A DNA stretch of 64,000 bases from Tetramitus jugosus (taxonomy: Eukaryota; Protista; Heterolobosea): positions 124,001 to 188,000 of the forward strand of contig OW569352.1 of the NCBI GenBank assembly GCA_937625935.1. Reading direction: 5' to 3'. The position numbers and the translations under genes are program-made. Shown here in pieces: positions 30,886 to 42,638 of the stretch; positions within the stretch are counted from its first letter, which is position 1; the number at the start of each line of letters is the position of its first letter. A model generated the notes under the pieces. That model did no database searches, was not told the origin of the DNA, and saw only the letters and a list, made by a program, of their open reading frames with translations.

Positions 30886-31629
30886 GTTTGTTGTTCGTTT
30901 GGAAAGATGAAGGGATATAGATTATGACGATGATAAAAGCAGAGAGAAGCTTTTTGTTCCAGAGAGTTCGGTTTGATTCAGATTTCAAATAAAAATGCAG
31001 ATGGGAGAGCGTGGTGTTACGACAGGCTTGGAGGTCTGTCAGTGGTGGTCTGCTGGAGATGGTATGAGCGCGATAGATTAGAGGTAGATAGAGGCTGTCA
31101 ACAGCAGAGACGGATCGTGGGTTGGTTGTGGACTGATTAGGGAGCGCGAAAGACTCAATTTTTTTACGTGCGAATATGTCAACGTTGGGAGGTGAGTGAA
31201 TATTTTTGTTTTGGTCTCCGAGAGGTTGTCCGATGAGATGTTAAGCTTTGAACTGTGCTGTGATTATGTTGAATAGCGATTTTCTTCAATAGAGGTCGCA
31301 GGAAGAAGATGAAAGCTTTTGTGTTTGTGGTTAGAGTTGAGAATGGTTCGAATGACGACCTTGTTTCTGCTTGGATTCGAAGATGTGATCGTTATGACAG
31401 AATCCGTGGGTTGTTGAGAAAGTTGGCTGTGTAGAGGATCATGCTCCGGGAATCTAATCTATTTATTGTATTGTAGTAGGGGGTTTGGTTGAAGGTACCA
31501 AAGGGAATCTTTCACGGATGCAAGTCAAGGCGTACAGCATTGATTACCGGCATCGGTCAAAGGAACCATTTTTAGTTCGGAAATCCTTGGATGGTTCGAC
31601 GTTCCTGAAAAAATGCCATGACCAGGCTT

Positions 31630-32823
31630 TCATTCTTTCATTCCAATTCCGTTGCAGGTGATGAGTACATCTGGTGTTTCATCTCTTGTTTGAATACCAA
31701 ACTTGGCACCTGTCATGAATTCACAGAAGTGAATTGCAGTTCTTGTGTGCTCAGTGAGCGGACCTGTTCTCAGTTGAGATGTTCCGTTGGCTAAGGCCAT
31801 GTAGATTATGAACTGGTCTTGCAGATATTCATCAACACAACCCCCTTCGTTGTGTTGCTTTTCAAGGAACTCGACTGCTTCAGCCATCATACCAGAAGGA
31901 GTTTGCTTCTTTTGCTTTCTATTAGACTTCTTTTTGGCATTCGGATTGGGATTTGGCACTTGATGATTAAGGGTGATTGTAAACATGCAATCCTTATCCG
32001 TTCTCATAATGGCAATCAATATCACTTGTCTGTGTCTCTTGTCACTCTTGTTGTCCTTTTCCATGTTGATCGACACATTTGAGCATTGCCCTAATACCTT
32101 GCTGGATTTCAGATGTGAGGGAACGATTTCACTCAAGTCTGAGGCAAATGACTTACAATCATCATGCGAATAGAGAATTTTAATATCTATTGCTGTGATT
32201 GTATCTCCTCGATCAACTAGATTCAAGCATGAGAGACCTTCCTGAGGATTATTTAACTTGATACCATGAAGCTTGATCTCTCCGCAACCATATGGATAGT
32301 ATCCTCGCTTTACTAGCTCCAACTCGAATGAAACATTGAAATGCTTCTTTAACATGGGCACAAACTGCAGCATGTATGTGTCAATCGGAGGAGAAAAGTC
32401 AACATTGGTTCCACCAATGAATCGCAACACTGTCTTCTCAGAAAACTTTTGTCCATTTTGCTGGTGAACCCTTGGAAAGAAGAACACGGGCAACAACATT
32501 TGAGCCAACAGAGTGCAACTGCCAGCAGACTTGGTATCAGCGATCGCCTCATCTGGAACGTTTGTCCACTGTTCCACTGGCTTTACTAACAATTCAGTGC
32601 TCTGGATCTTTGCGCCAACGAGCTCATGACCAAAACATTGACCTAAAAACTCAATACCAGTCAAATGTTGGTTCCTTAGGCCGGGGACTGTTCTACCTTT
32701 TCGAATATTTTCGATTGCAATAGGCTGGGACAACAAATGGGACAATGCACAACAATTACGAAGGATTTGGCCACCTCCCTCGCCATAAGAGCCATCAATC
32801 TTAAGGAAATCAGTATGATTCAT
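31630..32823 (-). CDS. RTCA: RNA 3'-terminal phosphate cyclase
   Basis: IDGSYGEGGGQILR, PGLRNQH, GGTNVDFSP, RGYYPYGCG, DEYLQDQ and catalytic His in LTEHTRT. Confidence 0.93.
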   Translation of the reverse strand: MNHTDFLKIDGSYGEGGGQILRNCCALSHLLSQPIAIENIRKGRTVPGLRNQHLTGIEFLGQCFGHELVGAKIQSTELLVKPVEQWTNVPDEAIADTKSAGSCTLLAQMLLPVFFFPRVHQQNGQKFSEKTVLRFIGGTNVDFSPPIDTYMLQFVPMLKKHFNVSFELELVKRGYYPYGCGEIKLHGIKLNNPQEGLSCLNLVDRGDTITAIDIKILYSHDDCKSFASDLSEIVPSHLKSSKVLGQCSNVSINMEKDNKSDKRHRQVILIAIMRTDKDCMFTITLNHQVPNPNPNAKKKSNRKQKKQTPSGMMAEAVEFLEKQHNEGGCVDEYLQDQFIIYMALANGTSQLRTGPLTEHTRTAIHFCEFMTGAKFGIQTRDETPDVLITCNGIGMKE

Positions 32824-32981
32824 GTTTTGGTTGTTTTTGTTTACTTTTGTTTCTTCTTTTCTGTGTTTGCATGCAAGTTGCTGCGGAACATCAACAGAGT
32901 TCTAATGCCCAATCCCCCGAGCTATCGTCGTCAAGACAAGAAACACAAACAGAAAGGTTCTGATAATCTATTTGGTTGACG

Positions 32982-34055
32982 ATGCTGATTAACAAAATTC
33001 TAGGCAAATTTCGTTCCACCACGAGTGAACGTCCCAAAAACAAGACTTCCTTCAGATCTCAAATGCAACTCCATATTTTGCCAGATGATGTGCTCAGAGA
33101 AATGTTTCTCTTCTTGCCCATTGAAGATCTCTTCAGTGTTCTTCGAGTCAACTGGTATCTGAACCAGATTGTGGACTCTGAAACTCAATGGCAACTCGTG
33201 TACCTGTCACTGATCACGTCCATCTCAGCTGATATCAAATGTCATTCAGTTGAAGAATCACTGTCAAATATATCTATCAACAATGGTAGGAGTGACAAAG
33301 AGGAAACTTCTTCTATTGCAGACCTGGATCACGATAAGCCAATGCTGCAACTAAAGGACAAAATATTTCCACATGAAACATGGAAGTACAATGTGCAGAT
33401 GGCGAGGTGTCACAGGTGGAGTCCATACTTTATAGACCGCAAGGGCAACAAGATCATGAATTCTCGGGGTTCGATCATTGATGAGAGTGGAAGGGTTCTT
33501 CGATTCGTTCAAAATTACACACAAAGAATTTACCGAATAGCAAACACTGCTCGACCCATTAACACAAGAGGCAAGACGAGAATTGATTTCAAGGTCCAAA
33601 TGTGTATTGACGATGCATCGAAAGCTGACACTGCTCGTACATTCTGCTCCAGCTGGGTATTGCTCGGGATTATCGAGGAAAGCATACTACGTGATCTGTA
33701 CACGAACACGACACGAGAAACTGTTTATTTGGGAGAGTTTCACCCACAGGAGAATATTGGTTATGCCAACAACGGATTCTTTTCTAGGATAATGAGTAAC
33801 CAATGGACTGACGGTTTCCACTCGGGTGATGTCATCACTTTTATTGTGGATGCAGAACACGGGTATAAGAAGGCAAAGAAGTCAAATTGGAAGAAGCCTT
33901 ATGGACGTTTGACTTGCTTGCTCAATGGTGTCGAGGCTAAAAAACGGTCGCACACTGACATATTTGCAAAACCTGATGACAGAATCTACTTTTGCACGCA
34001 AGTGAATGAAGAATGCCGCGAAAGTGGAATTGTTACAACTATTCAGTACATTTAA
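32982..34055 (+). CDS. F-box protein with SPRY/B30.2-like C-terminal domain
   Basis: LPDDVLREMFLFLPIEDLFSVLRVNWYL F-box; WVLLGI, IGYANNG, FHSGDVITFIVD SPRY-like strands. Confidence 0.78.
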   Translation: MLINKILGKFRSTTSERPKNKTSFRSQMQLHILPDDVLREMFLFLPIEDLFSVLRVNWYLNQIVDSETQWQLVYLSLITSISADIKCHSVEESLSNISINNGRSDKEETSSIADLDHDKPMLQLKDKIFPHETWKYNVQMARCHRWSPYFIDRKGNKIMNSRGSIIDESGRVLRFVQNYTQRIYRIANTARPINTRGKTRIDFKVQMCIDDASKADTARTFCSSWVLLGIIEESILRDLYTNTTRETVYLGEFHPQENIGYANNGFFSRIMSNQWTDGFHSGDVITFIVDAEHGYKKAKKSNWKKPYGRLTCLLNGVEAKKRSHTDIFAKPDDRIYFCTQVNEECRESGIVTTIQYI

Positions 34056-34188
34056 TGTGCAATAAAACAAGTATCATCTTTGTAAACTTGAAGTGCCATA
34101 CAATTCATTGTATTCGTAAATCTCAATAGTTCCGATCTCCTCAAACTCCGATCACCCACACAAACTTGATCAAAAAAACACAAAAGAA

Positions 34189-35578
34189 ATGCAGACAAAC
34201 AGCACCATCTCCTTAGGACCGACGACCAATGCTCCTCGTATCACGACAGACGAAACAAATGGTGAGATGAACAACGACACCTTCACCGAATCTAAATTGG
34301 GCATGTTTTTGCCTTCACGATACGAATTGATAGACAAACTTTCTCCTCATTCCATTTATGGCTAGTAAGTACTTGTGGTCTGTTAACACTGAAAGTGTAA
34401 TGCACATGAGAAACTAACACAAACATTATATCATTGTGTTTGGGTGTTAACAAAACAGTTATGTCAAGGACAAGTCTATAGTGGAAAAGAATGGAAGTCG
34501 CGGTCGCTCATACGCAATGAAAGTCTATGGTAATTTGTTTAATAAGGATGTTGAGTTGATGAAGACTGTGTGGAACGAATTGTTTCTCGTTCGATCAATC
34601 AATACGATTGGAGGTCATCCAAATATTGTAAAGTGGATTCGTCATGTAGAGACACCAGAGTTTGAAAATGAGCACTTTGATTATGCTGCATCGCTGTATG
34701 AGCTTATGGATGCTGATCTGCACTTTGCACTGCAACACAACCAATTCACTATTCGAGAGGCACAGTACTGCTTATTTAACGTGTTGAATGCAATTTATTT
34801 TTTGCACGAGAACAACTTGGTTCATCAGAATATTAGTTCTCAAACAGTGCTCGTGACGACGGATTTTGATATAAAGATTACCAATTTTCGGCACTGTGTC
34901 AACACCAGTGATATGAAGTCGCTTTCAAAGACATATTTGACAGCAAATGTAAAGAGTTATCGCGCACCTGAAATTTTGATGCAGAGCTTTGATACAGTTT
35001 CATTGCCGATTGATATTTTTGCTGCTGGTTGTCTATTTGCTGAAGTGCTGCTGAGGAAGCCCCTGTTCGAGGCCAAGCATTACTTGGAGCAGTTGGAGTT
35101 GTTGGTAGAGCTTGTGGGTGTGCCTGATATTAGCGATTTGAGTGGCATAAGCTATTTAGCGACAAAATCATTGCAGAGAGTGCATAACTCTGGATGCTTT
35201 GTACATGATACATTTGAGGAAACATTTCCCATGCTGAAAGATCATCCAGACGCCTTGGATTTGTTGAGAAAGATGCTTGCCTTTTGGCCAAAGGATCGAA
35301 TCACGGTACAAGAGGCAATTCAACATCCGTTCTTTGATTCTCTGCGGGACAAGTTCTTCTCATCGAGACAAGATCAATACAAGAGTCTTCGAACACCAGA
35401 GTACAAAGTTGACATGTATTATGAACGACCATTATTGCTCAAGAATCTAATTTGCAATGAGCTTGCACTGGGCAGGAAACAATCATCATCCATCTTCACG
35501 AATGTTCAACACATGAGTCAAGTATTTGATCACCTGTGTGATATTGATATCATTACAAGTGCCTCGCAAGAGAGCTGA
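34189..35578 (+). CDS. MAPK/CMGC-derived pseudokinase (2 exons)
   Basis: Intron 34365-34458 joins exon 1 (ATG 34189) in frame. ELMDADLH, YRAPE, DIFAAGCLFAE, PDALDLLRKML, RITVQEAIQHPFF; HRD reads HQN and DFG reads NFR. Confidence 0.85.
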
Positions 35579-35698
35579 GTGTAGAGTTCACCACTCATTG
35601 TATCCAGTAAAACCCCGCTTCAAAAACTATTCTCGTTTCTTGAACAAAAAAATTGGCGCAACTTTTTCACTTCTGAAAACAAACACAGCGCGAACAAC

Positions 35699-37764
35699 AT
35701 GATCAACAGCAACAAGATGGTCACTTCGAGGCGGAAACCCTTCGTGTCTCTCATTCTTCTCATCACACTCTTGCTGATTGCTTTCTTGACACATGTTGCT
35801 CACTCTGAAACCATAATAACTGCAACTACAAAAAGCTTTGGATTGAACCATTTAACACAACGAATGAAGAAATTCTCTGCACAGATGAAGTCTAGATTTT
35901 CATTGAAAAAACCACAAAGCACAAAACTCAACAACAATAATGATGATGAGGATGAACGTCCAAGAGAGACCTATTCTGCAAAAATGACTCGATCATTGGG
36001 TTATGCCACCCCATTGTTTGTGCTCTATCAAGCAAAGGTATGATTTCATATTTGTGATTTTTTTGATTGCCCTCAACAACTAACTGTTAACACATGTCAT
36101 TTTGTACTACAATCTGTTGTGTGATGATTGATGAATAACTGTTGTGATGACAGCCATTCCTGTGGGAACGTTCAAAAGAACTCACAAAGCACTTGGGTCA
36201 AATGTCAAAGGTAACCCATGGCGCCAAATCAGCAGTGATTGCCAAATGTTCTTCTCATATTGATCGATTGAGTCATTTGACACATGATCGAGTGTCCTAC
36301 GTGTTGAAGCATACGACATTGAAGAGTGTGTCTGATTTTGCTGTTTGGATCTCTATTGTTCACTCTCTTTATCAAACGACACAATCATTGAATGATATCT
36401 TGCTGTACGAGTCACAATCAGGCAATGGAATGGTTGATTTACAGGAAACAAAGAATCAAATATTGATATTGACGGGACAAGTGATTGAACTTCAATCAAA
36501 GATGATTGATTTAGTGTCTGTCGACCATTTGCTCGAAGAAGGCGTGATCTACAACCGACCCATCACTGATGAGATTCTCATGCGTTTCAATGAGTTGTCA
36601 CTGGATTATTCTGGTAGATCCAAGGAACTGGAAGCACTGTTGAGCAGAACGCAAGTCAAAATTAATGATTACCTACGGAGAACGAAGCACGATCGAGATC
36701 ATTACTCACAACAGCAAAGTAAGGCAATGAATTCAATGATGCTCAGTGTGGCATCATCTGTGGGAACAGTCGCACTCGCTTATGCATTCCCTCCAGTCAC
36801 TGCGACCTACATTCCTACTGTGATTTCCACTGTGGTTGCTGGTTTGAACGGAGGATTGTCATGGGTGGCCAAGAATGAAAAGGATAGAATGACATTCCGT
36901 ATTGGTGAGCTCGAAAAGGTTTACAATGACGTAGTCGTTTCACGGAACCATATTGAACAATTCAAGAACACCTTTGAGGTATTGAAACAGAAGAAGATGA
37001 AGGCACTGACTGAAAGAAAGAATGACACAACTAAGCAATTATCTGAAAGCACCCAAAACAAAATACCCAAGGAATCATCAACGTTGCCAAGTAACACATA
37101 CCAATGGTTCTGCGACAACATGACGAGTATGATCAAATATTCACTCATTTTGCTCGTCATCTTCGTGCACATGAGCTTCATGGATTCCTCCAAGGTTAGC
37201 CCTCTCTTTTTACTCAAGTGGATGGCCTCTCTTTGTCTCGTGTGTTCCATTTGCATGCTATCTGTTGATATCAGCACGAGTGTATCAAGCACAAAGGCAG
37301 CACTTACAAGAGACAGAAATAACCGAGCACAAGTTTATTCATCTGCTGCACAAAAGCAATATCAGCAAGAGTGCATATGGTACGAGCTATCAACAGCAAG
37401 GCAGCTCGAATTGGGAGCAAAGGCTCTTTTCTGGAGTGCTCTGCTCCAAGACGGTCAACGTTTCATTTCAACAGACAAGGAAGGAAGACTTGTGAGTGAT
37501 CCTAGCTGTATCAAACTCGCTCAATCAATTGCAAACGAACAGAGTTCACCTCAGAAGGGTTCCTCCATTGAGACAGACTCTGAGATTGTTGGAATTGCCT
37601 ACTCTGGTGTTGCCAAGGGCTTGATACAACCATTGCTAGACACAGTCGTTTATGGCGTTGACACTCTTGTGGTCAACACTGGCTTCACGACCAAGATATG
37701 GATACTTACAGTCACTGCACTTTCCATTCTCCTCGTTCTCAAAAGAATTCTATGGTGCTTCTAA
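35699..37764 (+). CDS. Multi-pass membrane protein with coiled coils and central hydrophobic hairpin (2 exons)
   Basis: Intron 36038-36153 joins ORFs 35699.. and 36193.. in frame; N-terminal signal/TM, heptad regions, 45-aa A/V/G/T hairpin, three further TMs. Confidence 0.72.
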
Positions 37765-37871
37765 CCACCGGATCATCATTCCAAACCTGAAACAATAAAC
37801 TGAGCTCAAAACACCATCTCGTGTCTAATTCGAATTATTCCGCTCAACACGAAATCACACCACACATAAAA

Positions 37872-39290
37872 ATGCAGCAACCACTCACATCATCAGCTCA
37901 GTTGCTGCTTCCACTCTTATTATTATTGACAGTGATCATCACGCACATCTCATGTGCAACCCATCAATTCCTGTGGGTATCTGACATTCACTATGATCCA
38001 CTGTACAATGGCAGAGTCAACTCGACTCACTTTTGTCGAAGCTTTCAATGGACAGAAGCACTCAAGCAGCACCACGCACATGTTCATCAATGGCCCAAAT
38101 CAAATGCAAACCAATTGTTGAATCTGCAGGCTGGTGATGCAAAGTTTGGTCGATTTGGCTGTGATGCACCATTGCCACTCATGCAAAGCACATTTGCTCA
38201 AATGAAGAAGGTGAATCCAAAACCGGATTTTTTGGTTGTTTCTGGTGATTTCTTGGCGCATCATTTGCCCAATGCGAGCTTTGCACTGGACACGTTGCGT
38301 TTCGTGGTCAGTGAACTGCAGAGGAATTATCCCGACACAACTACGATTCCATGCATTGGTAACAATGATGTTGTGCCTGATTATTCTATGCCATTTGATA
38401 ATAGTACTTGGTTGGAGAGCTTGTATGATGTTTGGAGACGGTGGATCCCGTTGGATCATCAAAAAACTTCGTTCATTCGAGGTGGTTATTACCATGTGGA
38501 TGTGTCCAGTGAAATGAAAGTTGTTGCATTGAATTCCTTGTTTTATTCAACGAGAAGAATGCCAATTGTTGCAGTGTTGCCTGAAGATCCAAATGATCAG
38601 TTTGCTTGGTTGAGTGCTCAGTTGAGAGACGCAAGATTGACCAAGAAGCAAGTCATTATCGTTTCTCACATTCCTGCAAGTCAAAACGCTTATGACAGCA
38701 AGGAACTCTGGGTTCCACAGTACTTGGACAAATATTTGGCTATTGTACAACAGTACAGTGATGTCATTGTCACTCAACTGACTGGTCACTTGCATACAGA
38801 TGAGTTTAGAGTTCAATTAGAACCTGAATCATCAGAATTTGGTGCTGTCAAGTCACGCATCAATGTTTCTCAAGGTAAACCAGTGGCCTATGGCATGATT
38901 GCATCCTCCGTTTCACCAGTGTTTGGCAACAATGCAGCTTTTAGACAATTGAACTTGGAGGCAAATAGTGCTTCCGGTGGTTATACAATTGCCAACTACA
39001 AGCAATACTACATGGACATATTCCTATCTAATTATTTATCAAAGGAAGTTTGGTCATTCGAGTACGAGTACAATCAAGCTTATAACCAGAAGGGAATGGA
39101 TGCAGAGAGCCTCAACGAGATGCTGTTAGGTATGGAGTTGAACTCTGATATATTGACCGAGTACGTGAGACGCAGAACTGCCTTGTTCACACCAGATCGG
39201 TACAAGTACGTTTGTGAGCTGACTCGACTTCGGAGAGGAGACTATACGACATGCATGAATTCAATGACTAACGACGGTGTCTCCTCATAA
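37872..39290 (+). CDS. SMPDL3: Acid sphingomyelinase-like phosphodiesterase (SMPDL3/metallophosphoesterase)
   Basis: Signal peptide; SDIHYD, GRFGCDAP, SGDFLAH, GNND, SHIP, GHLHTDEF, SVSPVFGNNAAFR. Confidence 0.9.
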   Translation: MQQPLTSSAQLLLPLLLLLTVIITHISCATHQFLWVSDIHYDPLYNGRVNSTHFCRSFQWTEALKQHHAHVHQWPKSNANQLLNLQAGDAKFGRFGCDAPLPLMQSTFAQMKKVNPKPDFLVVSGDFLAHHLPNASFALDTLRFVVSELQRNYPDTTTIPCIGNNDVVPDYSMPFDNSTWLESLYDVWRRWIPLDHQKTSFIRGGYYHVDVSSEMKVVALNSLFYSTRRMPIVAVLPEDPNDQFAWLSAQLRDARLTKKQVIIVSHIPASQNAYDSKELWVPQYLDKYLAIVQQYSDVIVTQLTGHLHTDEFRVQLEPESSEFGAVKSRINVSQGKPVAYGMIASSVSPVFGNNAAFRQLNLEANSASGGYTIANYKQYYMDIFLSNYLSKEVWSFEYEYNQAYNQKGMDAESLNEMLLGMELNSDILTEYVRRRTALFTPDRYKYVCELTRLRRGDYTTCMNSMTNDGVSS

Positions 39291-39351
39291 CTCTGATCGT
39301 TTAATAAACATTTGAGGCACGTGGTGTCCAAAAACAAAATAATGTAATTTA

Positions 39352-40374
39352 CTACTTGACATGAATTGAATATCCATAACGAGGTCTCTTGGCCAGTGGC
39401 TCCATATCCCGTCGGTGATGATGAGGAACAGACAATGCATAACGCATAGTGGAACACGGATCACCACCCAATGACATTGTGTCATCACCATCACTGTCGC
39501 TACTGCTATTTGCACAAATCTCATCCTCCTGCTGTTCCATCTCTTCATCTTCCATTATCGAGGAGTGAAACACGGAACGCGATCTCTTTAAACTCTCACC
39601 ATGATAATGATGAGGACTATGACTATTATTATTAAGATTACTATTACTACAAACATAATTATTATTACTACTAAGACTATTGTTGCTCACATGGAGTGAA
39701 TCAAGATTCGTATCACTGCACACCACACTATTCAGGGAAACATTGTCATTTTGATGTAAACCAGGTTTTTCAAATTGTAGTTTCAACACAACAAATCCCT
39801 CATTTTGTCTCAACGGTTCATACTCTTCTCTCTTCAAGTGTATCAAGTGATCGATCCACCTCGATCTGAACTCTTCAAAGCTCTCAACCATTATTCCAGT
39901 TTCCATCTTGTTTGTTGTAGTTATTGTTGACGATGAATGTATGACATTTGTCGTTATGGCAGTACTACTGGTACTACTACTTGTTGAGAACAATGGATCT
40001 AATAGTGATGCATCCAATTGTGTCAAATTCCAATATTGAAGGATTCGTTTCCGTATCCATTGAATTTTACCCTGTTGTTCTTCACTTGTATTATTATGAT
40101 GATTATGATGATTATGATCGCCACAGTGAGATAGATATTGGAAACATTCGAGAAGAAAGCTCTGAAATTCAGATTGTTGTGTCGTTGATGATGTCTCTAA
40201 CAATTGATCATTGATCGCAGTGTCAAACAAGAGAATTAACTGGAAATTGAGTTGTTGACAATATTGGGAAGCAGACAGGGGACATGAGAAGAATTTGATC
40301 ATTTTCCAGTTGACCCATGGCTCCAAGTAGTTGTAATTGTTGATTGTGGCCAGATCTTGGTAGACAGCGTACAT
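39352..40374 (-). CDS. Hypothetical helical protein with C-terminal NLS-like motif
   Basis: Long ORF (first ATG 40374), helical N-terminal half, N/S/H-rich linker, PLAKRPRY tail. Confidence 0.6.
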   Translation of the reverse strand: MYAVYQDLATINNYNYLEPWVNWKMIKFFSCPLSASQYCQQLNFQLILLFDTAINDQLLETSSTTQQSEFQSFLLECFQYLSHCGDHNHHNHHNNTSEEQQGKIQWIRKRILQYWNLTQLDASLLDPLFSTSSSTSSTAITTNVIHSSSTITTTNKMETGIMVESFEEFRSRWIDHLIHLKREEYEPLRQNEGFVVLKLQFEKPGLHQNDNVSLNSVVCSDTNLDSLHVSNNSLSSNNNYVCSNSNLNNNSHSPHHYHGESLKRSRSVFHSSIMEDEEMEQQEDEICANSSSDSDGDDTMSLGGDPCSTMRYALSVPHHHRRDMEPLAKRPRYGYSIHVK

Positions 40375-40685
40375 GAGAAAATGTTGTTGTTGTTGTAGTA
40401 AATGAGGCACCGGTAGAATGCCAGTGTTGTGTTCAACTGATGTCGGGTGTTGAGAAGCTCCTCTGTGTCTGAAAAAACTCGACTTCCAGAAAATGGGTGA
40501 TTGTTGTTTTTGGCGCGACGGCGGGTCTTAATTATAAATTTCCGATGAAACGGATAATTTCTATGATAGTTGAGAATGATTCATCTGTCACAACATCAGA
40601 GAGCTCATGTTATGGTTCTGTGTCGACTCCTTTTTTCTTCGGTTCAAGTGAAACGAAAACACATTACCAGAAATCAAAACGAAAA

Positions 40686-42593
40686 ATGAGTATGATCCAC
40701 CAAGACGACGATGAAATTCTAATGACTGAAAACGAGTCGTACGACTCGGATGACGATGCAGAAATTCAAATGGGAGAAATTGAGGTGAGAAGCGAGGAAT
40801 TTGAAGACGAGTATGATGATGACGAAGAAGAGGTCGACACGAATGACTCTGAATTGTCATCTCCCGCCATTACTCCTTCGTCCGCCTCCGCTGCACAAAA
40901 TTCCGCTGATCACACTACAGTTTTCTCGAACTCACAACAAGAACAACAAAATTCATCCTCACAACAGGTGAATTTGAGCAACAGCAGTAATAGCTCATCG
41001 TCTACCAATGTAAAATCATCAAAATCCTTTGCAGGAAACGCCAAGGAATGCATCAAAAACTGTGTACGATTTGGAAAATTGTACAAGAAGGGAAATAATC
41101 GATCTGGCTTCAAGGGCGAGTGGAGACAGAGAATCATTGTGCTGTCCATGGATAGAAAGATTTATTACTATAAAACTGTGGATGATAAGACACCTCTGGG
41201 TGTTTTGCACCTGAATGATAACTGCTTGATCAAGAGATGTGATTTTCAAGATGGAATCGATAAGCAATTTGCATTCAAGATTGAAAAGTATGACAGTTCA
41301 AAGCCAGATAAGCAATTTGTAGTTCATTGCTCGAGTGAGAAGGAAGTGTCTGACTGGTTGCAAGCACTGACAAGTGCTACTGGAAGGAGCTTGAATGTTT
41401 CTTCGCAGGCCACTGAACAGCAATTGCAGAGTAACAAGTGGTATCGAACGATCAGTGAAGCCATTGATGCTGCATACGGTGGTGAAAAAATCTTTATCTA
41501 TTCTGGAGTGTACCGTGAGCAGCTCATTGTACAGAAGAGTGTGATTTTGGAAGGTGTTGTCTCATTGGAAGCCAACAAGAAACAACAAGAAGCGAGGAAG
41601 AAGTTTGATGAGGAGAAAACAAGAAGAGAAACTGTTTTGCAAAACAGAGAAAATGTGTTGAGAACAATGTCTATCCGTGTGGGCCCACTTGATCTCTCAA
41701 AGCAACACTCTGAACTGGCCAAGCAACAAGATGAAATTCGAAGAATGTCCATGGCTGTATCGAGTGGCAGTGATTCACCAAGACACAGGGGTACGCTCAA
41801 TAGAAGACAAGTGGAACCAGTAAACGACATCGTAGAGACTAAGTCATCAGATAGTGGCTATATTGAGTTTGGTAATGTATCGGATGTGGTACTAGAGTGT
41901 CCATATGAACAACAGCCAGCCATCATCTATAAGACAAATGGTGGAATCCTCTCTAATATCACAATCGGTATCAAGGGATCTCGTGCTGCTCTGTCAAATG
42001 GAACAAGTTACAAGAAGGAGGTTGAAGATTTGATAACAAACAAGGATGAACCAATGGTGAATTGCATCGAAATGGACAACGGATCCTTAACTCTCAAGAA
42101 CTGCACGATTAACTGTCATACCGGAAGTGGCATTTTGTGCATGAATCAATCATCCATTGAATTGGACAACTGTGATATATTTAAGGTGCGTGATATGGGT
42201 ATTTGGACTTGGGATAGATCCTCAGTTACCGCAAGAGGTTCAAGAGTGTTAGGTGCGGGAGTGGATGGCATTCGCTTGAATGGTAAAAGTACAGTGAAAC
42301 TTGACAATTGCCAGGTGATAAACAGTGGTCTATTTGGTGTTTGTGCTGTTGACGCGAGTGTGTGCACTCTGACCAATTGTGTGGTTCGCCAAGCTACAGC
42401 AGATGCCATTCGTGTTCAGAACGATGCCAATTGTAATGTAGTGAGAAGTGAGATTTCTCATTCACAGGAGTATGGTATTGGTATATACAATCAATTAGAT
42501 CTGATGTCCATTACGGTTACCAATGACTGTAAAATGGAACAAAACAAGCTTGGCGACTTTGCCCAAAAGAGTCAAGTTAAGATGATTCATTAA
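40686..42593 (+). CDS. PH domain + right-handed beta-helix (pectin-lyase-like/FBXO11-type) protein
   Basis: PH: RFGKLYKKG...WRQRIIVL...PLGVLHL...SSEKEVSDWLQAL; YRTISEAID...IYSGVYREQL; repeated LxNCxI...GI rungs. Confidence 0.85.
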   Translation: MSMIHQDDDEILMTENESYDSDDDAEIQMGEIEVRSEEFEDEYDDDEEEVDTNDSELSSPAITPSSASAAQNSADHTTVFSNSQQEQQNSSSQQVNLSNSSNSSSSTNVKSSKSFAGNAKECIKNCVRFGKLYKKGNNRSGFKGEWRQRIIVLSMDRKIYYYKTVDDKTPLGVLHLNDNCLIKRCDFQDGIDKQFAFKIEKYDSSKPDKQFVVHCSSEKEVSDWLQALTSATGRSLNVSSQATEQQLQSNKWYRTISEAIDAAYGGEKIFIYSGVYREQLIVQKSVILEGVVSLEANKKQQEARKKFDEEKTRRETVLQNRENVLRTMSIRVGPLDLSKQHSELAKQQDEIRRMSMAVSSGSDSPRHRGTLNRRQVEPVNDIVETKSSDSGYIEFGNVSDVVLECPYEQQPAIIYKTNGGILSNITIGIKGSRAALSNGTSYKKEVEDLITNKDEPMVNCIEMDNGSLTLKNCTINCHTGSGILCMNQSSIELDNCDIFKVRDMGIWTWDRSSVTARGSRVLGAGVDGIRLNGKSTVKLDNCQVINSGLFGVCAVDASVCTLTNCVVRQATADAIRVQNDANCNVVRSEISHSQEYGIGIYNQLDLMSITVTNDCKMEQNKLGDFAQKSQVKMIH

Positions 42594-42638
42594 TTCCTAA
42601 AATCAAATTATATTTGTAAGTAAATGGACTTGTTTCGA

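Noticed and set aside
30886-31629. Structured ncRNA/tRNA/SECIS in the long spacer between RTCA and the PH-F-box gene
   Set aside because: No cloverleaf, paired C/D boxes or convincing hairpin seen by eye; more likely promoter/5' UTR. An Infernal/Rfam scan would settle it.
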